Shown here: in pieces, positions 8,178 through 17,570 of the stretch
Numbering within the stretch: the stretch's first letter is position 1
Layout of the letters: each line of letters opens with the position of its first letter
Origin: Methanocaldococcus jannaschii DSM 2661
GTDB lineage: Archaea; AGJL01; Methanococci; Methanococcales; Methanocaldococcaceae
DNA: 32,000 nucleotides
Assembly (NCBI RefSeq): GCF_000091665.1
Contig: NC_000909.1
Span: 1,192,961-1,224,960, forward strand
Direction of reading: 5' to 3'
Translations under genes and position numbers: made by a program
The notes under the pieces: model-generated
Seen by the model: the letters and a program-made list of their open reading frames with translations, nothing else
What the model was told of the DNA's origin: nothing
Database searches by the model: none

Positions 8178-8858
8178 ATGAGAATCGTTTTTGATTTGGG
8201 AGGTTCAGTCGTGATGCCAAAGGAAGGAGCAAAAGCTGAAAAAATTATGGAATATGCCAATATTTTTAAAAAGATTAAGGATGAGGGGCATGAGGTAGCT
8301 ATAGTCGTAGGAGGTGGAAAAACAGCAAGAGAATATATAGAAATAGGAAGAGAACTTGGAGCCAGTGAGAGTTTTTGTGATGAGCTTGGAATAATGGCTA
8401 CAAGAATGAATGCAATGATATTAATTACTGCTTTAGGAGATTATAGTATAAAAAAAGTCCCTACATCATTTGAAGAGGCAGAACTTATATTAAACTTAGG
8501 AAAAATCCCTGTCATGGGAGGAACCCATCCAGGACATACAACAGACGCTGTAGCTGCTTCATTAGCAGAGTTTATAAATGCTGATTTGTTAGTTATAGGG
8601 ACAAATGTTGATGGAGTCTATGACAAAGACCCTAATAAATATGAAGATGCCAAAAAATTTGATAAAATGTCTGCTAAAGAACTTGTTGATTTGGCAATAT
8701 CATCTTCATTAAAAGCTGGTTCTTCATCAGTTGTTGATTTATTAGCAGCTAAGATTATTGAAAGAGCTAAATTAAAAGTGGCAGTTGTTAAAGGAACCCC
8801 AGAAGAGCTCTTAAATGTTAGTAAAGGAATAATAAATGGAACAATAATTGAGGGATAA
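8178..8858 (+). CDS. pyrH: Uridylate (UMP) kinase
   Basis: Amino-acid-kinase fold motifs (MRIVFDLGGSV, VVGGGKTAREY, GTNVDGVYDKDP). GGTGAGAAG precedes the ATG at 8178. The ORF-track start at 8136 adds 14 unlikely codons. Confidence 0.9.
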   Translation: MRIVFDLGGSVVMPKEGAKAEKIMEYANIFKKIKDEGHEVAIVVGGGKTAREYIEIGRELGASESFCDELGIMATRMNAMILITALGDYSIKKVPTSFEEAELILNLGKIPVMGGTHPGHTTDAVAASLAEFINADLLVIGTNVDGVYDKDPNKYEDAKKFDKMSAKELVDLAISSSLKAGSSSVVDLLAAKIIERAKLKVAVVKGTPEELLNVSKGIINGTIIEG

Positions 8859-8860
8859 GT

Positions 8861-9055
8861 ATGGAGATTCCAAAGCACAGACATTGTTTAAATTGTGGTA
8901 TCTCAATACCTCCAGACCAAGTTTTTTGTTCAGAGAAGTGTAGAATTGAGTATATGCAAAGAAGGAAAAGGATGTTAAGAACGCAATACATGTTTTTAGC
9001 TATTGCAGGGCTTATAATTCTCTATTATATTATCACAATAGCATTGAAAGTTTAA
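8861..9055 (+). CDS. Small zinc-ribbon protein with C-terminal TM helix
   Basis: 64 aa. CLNCG...CSEKC forms a four-Cys ribbon, followed by a basic linker and the hydrophobic tail FLAIAGLIILYYIITIAL. It starts 3 nt after the pyrH stop codon. Confidence 0.6.
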   Translation: MEIPKHRHCLNCGISIPPDQVFCSEKCRIEYMQRRKRMLRTQYMFLAIAGLIILYYIITIALKV

Positions 9056-9094
9056 AACCAAAAATTATTTAAAATATTATGTCTCAATAATTAT

Positions 9095-9210
9095 CCTGGC
9101 TATTGTCCTGACTCCCAATGGAGTTGGGACGTGTCAATGACCCAGTGGAGTTCTGCCCCTTTACCCCAAAGGGGTAGTGAAATGATGAAGCTGGGGAGGC
9201 ATAGGGTGAA
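9095..9210 (+). ncRNA. G+C-rich structured island (candidate ncRNA or structured rps6e leader)
   Basis: Visibly G+C-rich against AT-rich flanks. The hairpins are 9113-9118/9124-9129; 9153-9162/9168-9177; and an enclosing helix 9141-9145/9191-9195 whose internal loop carries AUGAUGA. The strand call rests only on a TATA-like TTTAAAATAT at 9068-9077. Confidence 0.35.
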
Positions 9211-9322
9211 ATAAAGATATTTATAAAAATGCCCTTAAAAAATCTGTTTTATCAAAACTTAAAAGTTAATTTAAAAATTAGAAACCAAACAAATAACAAA
9301 AATAAAAATAGGAGGGAATACT

Positions 9323-9718
9323 ATGCCAACAGCAAAATTCGTTGTTGCAGACCCAAAAACAGGAAGATGCTATCAAATTGAGGCAGATAACACACCATTA
9401 GTTGGTAAGAAAATTGGGGAAGTATTTGATGGAAAAATTATAGGATTAGAGGGCTACAAATTACAAATAAGAGGAGGAACTGACTCAAGCGGTTTCCCAA
9501 TGAGACCAGATATCCACGGAAGTAGAAAGGTTAGAGTTTTATTGAGTGCTCCTCCTGGGTTTAAACCAAAAAGAAAAGGAGAAAGAAGAAGAAAAACAGT
9601 TAGAGGAAACACAATAGCTCCTGATATTGTCCAAATTAACGTTAAGGTTGTTGAATATGGAGAGAAATCAATCCCTGAATTGTTAGGATTAGAAGGTGGA
9701 GAAAATCAAGAACAATAA
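9323..9718 (+). CDS. rps6e: 30S ribosomal protein S6e (eS6)
   Basis: 131 aa: MPTAKFVVADPKTGRCYQIE...GGTDSSGFPMRPD...KRKGERRRKTVRGN. AGGAGGG RBS. Confidence 0.93.
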   Translation: MPTAKFVVADPKTGRCYQIEADNTPLVGKKIGEVFDGKIIGLEGYKLQIRGGTDSSGFPMRPDIHGSRKVRVLLSAPPGFKPKRKGERRRKTVRGNTIAPDIVQINVKVVEYGEKSIPELLGLEGGENQEQ

Positions 9719-9858
9719 ATAAAATATAGCTCCTAATTTTATTTTTATTTTATTTATCTGTGTTTAAATATTGTAGTGGTGATTTCTGTAGTTTTTTGAC
9801 TATTTTGATACTCCGAGTATAACTTTATAAGCTAAAATTATAAAAATGTGAAAATACC

Positions 9859-9962
9859 ATAAGTGTTTTTCAAAGTTAATAAAAATTAAGGAATAAATAT
9901 AAAAGCCCGTAGGGCTTTTATAAATGCATTTTTCAAAAATTATATATTTGAAAAACACTTAT
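9859..9962 (+). repeat. Palindromic intergenic element, copy D (MJRE-like)
   Basis: A 16-bp inverted repeat: ATAAGTGTTTTTCAAA (9859-9874) / TTTGAAAAACACTTAT (9947-9962). TAAGGA lies at 9887-9892. The central hairpin is AAAAGCCC-GTA-GGGCTTTT (9901-9919), extendable by three A-T pairs. Confidence 0.75.
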
Positions 9963-10001
9963 ATTTTACAGATAAATAAGAAATTTATAAAGGGGATAAT
10001 T

Positions 10002-11237
10002 ATGGCAAAGAAAAAACAAGCTAAACAGGCAGAAGTAAATATTGGAATGGTTGGACACGTTGACCATGGAAAAACAAGTTTAACAAAAGCATTAACAGGA
10101 GTTTGGACTGACAGGCATAGTGAAGAGTTGAGAAGAGGGATTTCAATTAGATTGGGTTATGCTGACTGTGAGATAAGAAAATGCCCACAATGTGGAACTT
10201 ACACAACAAAACCAAGATGTCCAAACTGTTTAGCTGAAACAGAGTTTTTGAGAAGGGTCTCTTTTGTTGATTCCCCAGGGCACGAAACATTAATGGCTAC
10301 AATGCTTTCTGGAGCTTCTTTGATGGATGGAGCAATTTTGGTTATAGCCGCTAATGAACCATGCCCACAACCACAAACAAAAGAGCATTTAATGGCTTTA
10401 GAGATTTTAGGAATTGATAAAATTATAATTGTCCAAAATAAAATTGATTTAGTTGATGAGAAGCAGGCAGAAGAAAATTATGAGCAAATAAAAGAATTTG
10501 TTAAGGGAACTATTGCTGAAAACGCTCCAATAATCCCAATCTCAGCCCACCACGAAGCAAATATTGATGTTTTGTTAAAGGCAATACAGGACTTTATTCC
10601 AACACCTAAGAGAGACCCTGATGCAACACCAAGAATGTATGTTGCAAGAAGCTTTGACATAAACAAACCAGGAACTGAGATTAAGGATTTAAAAGGAGGG
10701 GTTTTAGGAGGGGCAATTATTCAGGGAGTATTTAAAGTTGGGGATGAGATTGAAATAAGACCTGGAATCAAAGTAACTGAAGGAAACAAAACATTCTGGA
10801 AACCATTAACTACAAAGATTGTTTCATTAGCCGCTGGAAATACCATACTTAGAAAAGCTCATCCAGGGGGTTTGATTGGGGTTGGGACAACATTAGACCC
10901 ATACTTAACAAAATCAGATGCATTAACTGGAAGTGTTGTTGGATTGCCTGGAACTCTCCCTCCTATAAGAGAGAAGATAACAATAAGGGCTAATTTGTTG
11001 GATAGGGTTGTAGGAACTAAGGAGGAATTGAAAATAGAGCCATTAAGAACAGGAGAGGTTTTAATGCTAAATATTGGAACTGCTACAACCGCGGGGGTTA
11101 TAACCTCAGCAAGAGGAGATATAGCGGATATAAAATTAAAGCTTCCAATATGTGCTGAGATTGGAGATAGAGTAGCTATTAGCAGAAGAGTTGGCTCAAG
11201 ATGGAGATTAATTGGTTATGGAACAATTGAGGGATAA
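10002..11237 (+). CDS. eif2g: Translation initiation factor aIF2 gamma subunit
   Basis: GTPase motifs [13 protein letters not shown] and NKIDL, plus the zinc knuckle CPQCG...CPNC. The ATG at 10002 (MAKKKQAKQ...) follows AAGGGGA. The ORF-track start at 9924 runs through repeat copy D. Confidence 0.93.
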   Translation: MAKKKQAKQAEVNIGMVGHVDHGKTSLTKALTGVWTDRHSEELRRGISIRLGYADCEIRKCPQCGTYTTKPRCPNCLAETEFLRRVSFVDSPGHETLMATMLSGASLMDGAILVIAANEPCPQPQTKEHLMALEILGIDKIIIVQNKIDLVDEKQAEENYEQIKEFVKGTIAENAPIIPISAHHEANIDVLLKAIQDFIPTPKRDPDATPRMYVARSFDINKPGTEIKDLKGGVLGGAIIQGVFKVGDEIEIRPGIKVTEGNKTFWKPLTTKIVSLAAGNTILRKAHPGGLIGVGTTLDPYLTKSDALTGSVVGLPGTLPPIREKITIRANLLDRVVGTKEELKIEPLRTGEVLMLNIGTATTAGVITSARGDIADIKLKLPICAEIGDRVAISRRVGSRWRLIGYGTIEG

Positions 11238-11262
11238 TTTTAATAATATGAGTATCAAATTT

Positions 11263-11367
11263 ACACCTCCGAGCGTTAGCGAGGAGGTGTTAGGGAGTAT
11301 CGCAATCGCCCCGTAGGGGCGAGTAATGAAATCCTTTAGGATTTCATCTGATGGAGGCTTCCTCTAT
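11263..11367 (+). ncRNA. Cluster of four consecutive G+C-rich hairpins (candidate ncRNA or inserted element)
   Basis: Hairpins lie at 11263-11270/11283-11290; 11306-11312/11316-11322 (TCGCCCC-GTA-GGGGCGA); 11326-11334/11339-11347; and 11351-11357/11361-11367. The strand is uncertain. Confidence 0.3.
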
Positions 11368-11478
11368 GCTTATTGGAACGATTGAGGGAGAATTATTTTA
11401 ATGTTTTTTAAAATTTTTGTAGAAAATACAGTTATATTGCCTAATCCTTTAATTCTTACTAAAATTGAGGGATTATTG

Positions 11479-12570
11479 ATGATTGAATATCTATTAAAAA
11501 ACAGAGAGCAAATTATTAAAAAAATGGAAAAAATTAATGATATCAATCGTAAAGAAGTTGAAGAAAAATGGATTTTGGATAATTTTGAAAATCCAAAAGA
11601 TATGGGATTTGCAGGAGGAGATGGAAGCTGTAATAAATTGGATTACATATCTTTCTCATTCTATGGAGTTGGGGCCGTTAGCTTTATACACGGCAGAGGG
11701 GAAAAAGTAAAAAAAGCTAAGGAGGAGTATATATTTGATATAACCCATCCTTTGGATATTGAAGATAGAATAAGGAGATATATGCTAACTTTGGAATTAA
11801 AAACAGCCCTTTATGTTCTCAAAAATTATAATATTGATTATTACATTTTTGATGGGTCTTTATTTTCTTTGTTGATATTCACAAAAAAAGGTATAGAGAT
11901 GTATGAGAGAGAGTTAGAAGAGATTTATAATGAATATGGAAAAGAATTTAATAAAAAAATTGATGAAGAAACAAAATCTGGAGAAATTGGCATTATATCA
12001 AAAGATTTGAACTTGGAATTAAATAAAAAAATATTAGTTGAGCATGTTGAATATATTTTAACATTAACAAAACTTATTAACGAATTTAAAGATAGAATTA
12101 TAGGAATATCAAAAACTTCAAAAATAAACATTTATTTCGATAAAAACATGCCTGATATAGCCATATTTACAAAATATACCGACAAATCTGGTTATTCAGA
12201 ACCAATTGACTTTGTTAATAAATTAGGGGATGAAAAGAAAGAAAAGCATAAACAATTAAGTAGTGTGGTAAAAGGAATAAACTTTATTAAAAACAAGCCA
12301 TTCTATGCAAAAATTGACACTGCATATATACAATTTGTGAGATTAGAAGATAACTGTGGAGTTGTTGGATTAACAAGCTTCAATAAAATAGATAAAGAAG
12401 TCTTATCCTCATTAAAAGAAATATCAATTAATGGCTACCCTTATATATTAAAAAAATCCCATGAAACAGTTGAGATAACCACTAAAAAACTTGAAGCAAT
12501 TGCTAAACTATTAAATATAGATGACCCTATAGCAAGGCACATCTTAGGGAAGAAAAAAAAGAAATTTTAG
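11479..12570 (+). CDS. nurA: NurA-domain 5'-3' nuclease-like protein
   Basis: NurA-type motifs GFAGGDGS, YYIFDGSLFSLL and IGISKTSK. The ATG at 11479 follows ATTGAGGGA. The upstream 26 codons from 11401 are probably not coding. Confidence 0.65.
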   Translation: MIEYLLKNREQIIKKMEKINDINRKEVEEKWILDNFENPKDMGFAGGDGSCNKLDYISFSFYGVGAVSFIHGRGEKVKKAKEEYIFDITHPLDIEDRIRRYMLTLELKTALYVLKNYNIDYYIFDGSLFSLLIFTKKGIEMYERELEEIYNEYGKEFNKKIDEETKSGEIGIISKDLNLELNKKILVEHVEYILTLTKLINEFKDRIIGISKTSKINIYFDKNMPDIAIFTKYTDKSGYSEPIDFVNKLGDEKKEKHKQLSSVVKGINFIKNKPFYAKIDTAYIQFVRLEDNCGVVGLTSFNKIDKEVLSSLKEISINGYPYILKKSHETVEITTKKLEAIAKLLNIDDPIARHILGKKKKKF

Positions 12571-12679
12571 TGTCTTTCAAAAAAGGTATTAAAGTTTATT
12601 AAGGAAATTTGAATGCCTTCTATAAGAAGGCGTTCATTAATACATTAATAGTTATTACAAAATATTTTGAAAGACACTA
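12568..12679 (+). repeat. Palindromic intergenic element, copy C (MJRE-like)
   Basis: A perfect 15-bp inverted repeat: TAGTGTCTTTCAAAA (12568-12582) / TTTTGAAAGACACTA (12665-12679). TAAGGA lies at 12600-12605. The central hairpin TGAATGCCTTC-TATAA-GAAGGCGTTCA spans 12610-12636 (11 bp, one G.U). Confidence 0.75.
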
Positions 12680-12700
12680 TTAGTCAAAAGGAGGGAGAGG

Positions 12701-14656
12701 ATGAGATATCTAATAACAACTGCCTTAGCTTATACAAACGGCCCTCTACATTTAGGGCATGCAAGAAGCACTTACATCCCAGCAGATATTATATATAAAT
12801 ACTTAAAGTTGAGAGGGGAAGATGTTATCCACGTTGGAGGAACTGATAACCACGGAGTTCCTATAACATTAACTGCTGAAAAAGAGGGAAAAAGCCCAGA
12901 GGAGATTGTTGAAAAATACCATAATGAGATTAAAGAAGATTTAGATTTGTTAGGAGTAGAGTTTGATGCATTTGGCAAAACTCACAGCCAAATACATATA
13001 GAAACAGCTCAAGAGTTTTATCTAAAGCTAAAAGAGAATGGCTATATCTATGAGAAGGAAATAGAGCAATTTTACTGTCCAAACTGTAAAAAATTCTTAC
13101 CAGATAGATATGTTGAGGGAATCTGCCCATACTGTGGAGGAGAGGCAAGAGGAGACCACTGTGAAGTTTGTGGAAGACACTTAGAGCCGTTTGAGTTAAA
13201 AGACCCATATTGTGTAATTTGCAAAGGAAAGCCAGAGATTAGAAAGACAAAACATCACTTCTTTAAGTTAAGTGCTTTAAAAAAGGAGTTAGAGGAGTAT
13301 ATAAAAAATGCAAAAGAAATGCCAGAGCATGTTAAAAATATGGCATTGAATTGGATTAAAGAGTTACATGATTGGGATATTTCAAGAGATATAAGCTGGG
13401 GAGTTCCAATTCCAGGGACTAATCAAGTAATGTATGTTTGGTTAGAAGCCCCTATTGGCTATATCTCATTTACAAAGATGTTGGGAGAGATTTGGAAGAA
13501 ATATTGGTTAGAGAAAGATACAAAGATTTATCACTTCATTGGAAAGGATATAACTGTTCATCATGCCGTTTTCTGGCCAGGAATGTTGATTGCTCATGGT
13601 TCCTTTAACTTACCAACTGCAGTAGTTAGTGGAGGTTATCTAACCTTAGAAGGAAGAAAGATGAGCACAAGTAAAAGATGGGTTGTTTGGGTTAAAGATT
13701 TTGTTAAAAACTTTGATGCTGACTATTTAAGATACTACTTAATCATGTCAGCCCCTCTCTTTAAAGATTGTGATTTCTCATTTGATGATTTCAAAAATAA
13801 GATAAACAATGAACTCATCAACATAATTGGAAACTTCACCCACAGAGTTTTAACCTTTACCCATAGAAAGTTTAAGAAAGTCCCAATAGTTGATGAAGAT
13901 AGATTAAAAGAGGAAGATAAAGAGCTATTGAAAAAATGTGAAGAGACACTTGAGGCTGTGGATAAAAACATAAGGAGCTTTAAGTTTAGAGATGCTTTAG
14001 TTAATATATTACATCTTGCCATTGAAGGAAACAGTTACTTCCAAAAGATGGAGCCTTGGGCTGTTGATGATGAAGAAAGATTGAAGGAAATATTATATAC
14101 TTGCTGCAAGACAGTAAAAACTCTTGTCTATCTGCTATACCCATACATGCCTAAAAAATCTCTTGCACTATTGGAATTAATGAATGAAGAACTTGATTTA
14201 GAGCTTAGAGGGAATGAATTAAAGAAACCAAAGATTATATTCAAAAAGATAGATAATAAGAAGATAGAAGAGATGAAGAAAAAGCTTTATGAAAATAAAA
14301 AAGAAGAAACAAAAGGAGGAGAAAAAATGGAGCAAATAGATATAAGTTATTTAGAAAAGATTGATTTAAGAGTTGGAGAAGTTGTAGAGGCAGAAGACAT
14401 ACCAAAATCAAAGAAACTTTTAAAACTAATGGTTGATTTGGGAGATGAGAAGAGACAGATTGTTTCAGGAATTAAAGGATATTATAAACCTGAAGATTTA
14501 GTTGGAAAAAAGGTTATTGTTATTTGCAATTTAAAACCAGCTAAATTATGTGGTGTTTTATCTGAAGGAATGATTTTAGCAGCCGAAGATGATGAAGGAA
14601 ATGTTAGCTTATTAACTGTTGATAAGGATATAAAAGCAGGTAGTAAAGTTAGATAA
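12701..14656 (+). CDS. metG: Methionyl-tRNA synthetase with C-terminal Trbp111/EMAP-like tRNA-binding domain
   Basis: HIGH-type motif (PLHLGHARS), KMSKS-type motif (RKMSTSK), Cys-rich zinc knuckles, and a C-terminal OB-type domain ([28 protein letters not shown]). AGGAGGGAGAGG RBS. Confidence 0.95.
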   Translation: MRYLITTALAYTNGPLHLGHARSTYIPADIIYKYLKLRGEDVIHVGGTDNHGVPITLTAEKEGKSPEEIVEKYHNEIKEDLDLLGVEFDAFGKTHSQIHIETAQEFYLKLKENGYIYEKEIEQFYCPNCKKFLPDRYVEGICPYCGGEARGDHCEVCGRHLEPFELKDPYCVICKGKPEIRKTKHHFFKLSALKKELEEYIKNAKEMPEHVKNMALNWIKELHDWDISRDISWGVPIPGTNQVMYVWLEAPIGYISFTKMLGEIWKKYWLEKDTKIYHFIGKDITVHHAVFWPGMLIAHGSFNLPTAVVSGGYLTLEGRKMSTSKRWVVWVKDFVKNFDADYLRYYLIMSAPLFKDCDFSFDDFKNKINNELINIIGNFTHRVLTFTHRKFKKVPIVDEDRLKEEDKELLKKCEETLEAVDKNIRSFKFRDALVNILHLAIEGNSYFQKMEPWAVDDEERLKEILYTCCKTVKTLVYLLYPYMPKKSLALLELMNEELDLELRGNELKKPKIIFKKIDNKKIEEMKKKLYENKKEETKGGEKMEQIDISYLEKIDLRVGEVVEAEDIPKSKKLLKLMVDLGDEKRQIVSGIKGYYKPEDLVGKKVIVICNLKPAKLCGVLSEGMILAAEDDEGNVSLLTVDKDIKAGSKVR

Positions 14657-14680
14657 ACTAAAAAAATAAGAATATTTAAT

Positions 14681-16882
14681 CTAAAGCTCTCCCATCATCT
14701 TTGGAAATGCTTCATAATACCTCTTTTTCATCTCTTCCACATCCAAATTAACAACATCCTTTTCGTTAATCTTTATTTTCAATCTGCTTCCTCCAACTTT
14801 TCCAATTATATAAGCAGAACTTAATTTACTTAAAACTTTATCTTTATTTTCATCTCTAACTGCCAATATTATCCTTCCAGAAGTTTCTGAGAACAGTAAA
14901 ATATCGTCCCTTAAATTATTTTTATTATACTCAGTTAAATCAACTTCTAAACCAATATTGTTTAATACAGCCATTTTGGCTAAAGCTACAGCTAAACCTC
15001 CTCTTGAGCAATCTACTGCCTCACTAACCAATCCTTCTTTTACAACTTCCCTAACTTCTTCATAAATCTTCTTCTCTTTCTCTAAATCAACTCTTGGCAC
15101 TCTTCCCTCTTCAGTATTGTGTATAACTTTATAATATTCGCTTCCTCCCATTTCATCTTTTGTTTCATTTGTAATTATTAATATATCTCCTTCCTTAATC
15201 TTGTTATCTAAAACTCCCGGAACTTTTTCAACATCCTCAACTTTACCTAATACAAATATTGCGGGAGTTGGGTTTATTGGATGTTCTTTACCTTCAATAA
15301 CTGTTTCATTGTATAAACTTACGTTTCCTCCAACAACTGGGATTTCAAAGAATTCAGCGGCATCTGCTAAACCTTTAATGCATTCTGCCAACTGCCAAAA
15401 TCTCTCTGGTCTTTCAGGATTTCCAAAGTTTAGATTATCAAGCATAGCTATTGGTTCAGCTCCAACTGTTGCTAAATTTCTCACAGCTTCAGCTACAGCA
15501 TTTACTGCCCCTACATAAGGGTTTAGTTTGCAGTATCTTGAGTTACAGTCAGTTGTTAAGGCAATTCCCATTGGATAAACTTCATTTATTCTTAAAACAG
15601 CGGCATCTTTTCCTGGCTTTACAACAGTTCTTATTTGAACTTCGTGGTCATACTGCTGATAAATCCATTCCTTTGAGCAAATATTTGGACTCTCTAAGAG
15701 TTTTAATAACACAGCATTTAAATCTTCTGGCATCTTTATTTTTTCCTTATCATCCTCTTTTTCTTTTAAGTCCTCTTTACCTTCCCTATCATATAAAGGA
15801 GCTTCACATAACAAATCTAATGGTAAATCAACAACAACTTCTCCTTTGTATTTGGCAATAATCCTCTTCTCTGGAATTGTTTTTCCAATAACTGATGCAG
15901 GTAGTTCATACTTTTTAAATATTTCAATTATTTCCTCCTCACTTCCTGGTTCAACAGCTAATAACATCCTCTCCTGACTCTCAGAAACCATAATTTCGTA
16001 AGGAGTTAATGGCTCTCTCAATACAACATTTTCTAAGTAAAGCTCACATCCTACTCCTCCACCATAACACATCTCAGATGAAGCTCCTGAAAGCCCCGCA
16101 GCCCCTAAATCCTTCATAGCTTTAACTTTTCCTGTTTTTACTGCCTCTAAAACAGCATCAATTAAACATTTTTCAGAAAATGCATCCCCAACCTGAACAC
16201 TTGGCCTTTCTTCCTCACTTTCCTCAGTTAAATCCTTTGATGCAAATGAAGCTCCTCCTATTCCATCCCTTCCTGTTGAGCCGATTAATATTAAAGACAA
16301 TCCTGGCTCTTTAGCTTTACCTGTAATGATTTCATTCTCCTTAACTAAGCCGACACAAACAACATTTACTAAGTTGTTGTAATCAAAAGAGCTATCAAAC
16401 TCACACTCTCCTCCAACTGTTGGGACTCCAATCCTATTTCCATAATCTCCAATACCTTTAACAACTCCTTCAATTAGCCATCTAACTTTATCCCCTTCCT
16501 TTCCAAATATATCTCCAAACCTTAATGGGTCTAATAAAGCTATTGGCTTAGCTCCCATTGACAAAACATCTCTAACAATCCCACCAACTCCTGTAGCAGC
16601 TCCATTATATGGGTCTATGTATGATGGGTGGTTATGGCTTTCCATAGCTATTGCTAAGCAGATATCATTTTTCAATCTAATTACAGCGGCATCATCTCCA
16701 ATTCCAACAACTATATTTTTAGAGGTCTTTTCATTAACTGTTTTAGCAAACATTCTTAAGAGCTTTTTTGAGGTTCTATAAGCACAGTGCTCACTCCATA
16801 AGTTTTCAAACATTGCTAACTCTATGTGGTTTGGCTTTCTTCCTAAAACTTTTTCTATATACTTTAAATCATTCTCATCCAT
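14681..16882 (-). CDS. purL: Phosphoribosylformylglycinamidine synthase subunit PurL (FGAM synthase II)
   Basis: 733 aa with duplicated PurM-like domains ([36 protein letters not shown]). Confidence 0.93.
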   Translation of the reverse strand: MDENDLKYIEKVLGRKPNHIELAMFENLWSEHCAYRTSKKLLRMFAKTVNEKTSKNIVVGIGDDAAVIRLKNDICLAIAMESHNHPSYIDPYNGAATGVGGIVRDVLSMGAKPIALLDPLRFGDIFGKEGDKVRWLIEGVVKGIGDYGNRIGVPTVGGECEFDSSFDYNNLVNVVCVGLVKENEIITGKAKEPGLSLILIGSTGRDGIGGASFASKDLTEESEEERPSVQVGDAFSEKCLIDAVLEAVKTGKVKAMKDLGAAGLSGASSEMCYGGGVGCELYLENVVLREPLTPYEIMVSESQERMLLAVEPGSEEEIIEIFKKYELPASVIGKTIPEKRIIAKYKGEVVVDLPLDLLCEAPLYDREGKEDLKEKEDDKEKIKMPEDLNAVLLKLLESPNICSKEWIYQQYDHEVQIRTVVKPGKDAAVLRINEVYPMGIALTTDCNSRYCKLNPYVGAVNAVAEAVRNLATVGAEPIAMLDNLNFGNPERPERFWQLAECIKGLADAAEFFEIPVVGGNVSLYNETVIEGKEHPINPTPAIFVLGKVEDVEKVPGVLDNKIKEGDILIITNETKDEMGGSEYYKVIHNTEEGRVPRVDLEKEKKIYEEVREVVKEGLVSEAVDCSRGGLAVALAKMAVLNNIGLEVDLTEYNKNNLRDDILLFSETSGRIILAVRDENKDKVLSKLSSAYIIGKVGGSRLKIKINEKDVVNLDVEEMKKRYYEAFPKMMGEL

Positions 16883-16958
16883 AATTACACCTTATTAGTT
16901 AATTAATATTATTTGTGGATATACAAAAAATGAAGGATGTGTTATTAAACCTTTATGC

Positions 16959-17381
16959 TTATTTATCAAATATCTCATCCTCTTTAAAAAATAGTTTTAT
17001 CTCTCTTTCAGCACTTTCCTTTGAATCTGATGCATGAATTATATTATCCGGGGTTGTTAAAGCAAAATCTCCTCTTATAGTTCCTGGTTCTGCTTCAGCA
17101 GGATTTGTTTTACCAATCATCTTTCTTACAACAGATATGGCATTTTCTCCCTCAACAACCATAACTATCATTCTTCCAGATGTCATAAAGTTTATTAGTC
17201 TCTCATAAAATTCTTTCCCTTTATGCTCTTCATAATATTTTTCTGCCATCTCTCTATCTAATTTAATCATCTTCATAGCCACAATCTCAAAACCTTTATT
17301 TTCAAATCTTTCAATGATTTTTCCAATTAGTTTTCTTTTTACAGCATCTGGTTTTAAAGCTACAAAGGTTCTTTCTTTCAT
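16959..17381 (-). CDS. ndk: Nucleoside diphosphate kinase
   Basis: 140 aa: ERTFVALKPDAV, and the active-site region NIIHASDS. Confidence 0.95.
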   Translation of the reverse strand: MKERTFVALKPDAVKRKLIGKIIERFENKGFEIVAMKMIKLDREMAEKYYEEHKGKEFYERLINFMTSGRMIVMVVEGENAISVVRKMIGKTNPAEAEPGTIRGDFALTTPDNIIHASDSKESAEREIKLFFKEDEIFDK

Positions 17382-17570
17382 AACTATCCCGCTTTTGATA
17401 TTATATAATTACTATTATTATTACTAATACTTTAAAGCTTTTTGATACGGAAGTTATTAAAAATAATGATAATATTGTTGGTTAAATCTATCTCGAAAAA
17501 TTTAAATATTGCTCATATATAAAAAATGAAATTGCCATAACATTTTGAGGTGATACCATTAAAAGAATAA

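Noticed and set aside
9182-9188. A box C motif (ATGATGA), suggesting a C/D box sRNA in the 9095-9210 island.
   Set aside because: No CTGA D box lies 3' of it on the same strand at sRNA distance, because the only CTGA (9108-9111) is upstream. No C'/D' pair with appropriate guide spacing exists on either strand. I kept the motif only as a possible K-turn element.
9924-10001. N-terminal extensions suggested by the ORF track: aIF2-gamma 9924-10001, pyrH 8136-8177, NurA-like 11401-11478, wHTH gene 3031-3132, livG 18921-18932, livH 20461-20496, ilvD 29347-29370, and the methyltransferase 1488-1541.
   Set aside because: Internal ATG or GTG codons with GGTGA/GAGG sites at 4-5 nt spacing give canonical family N-termini. 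Several of the extensions also run through the palindromic repeat elements or through RBS sequences.
15201-15861. Two overlapping antisense ORFs (105 and 136 aa) opposite purL.
   Set aside because: The reasoning is the same as for the other antisense ORFs. PurL is continuous and well conserved on the minus strand, and the antisense products are repetitive Leu/Ser/Pro/Gln strings.
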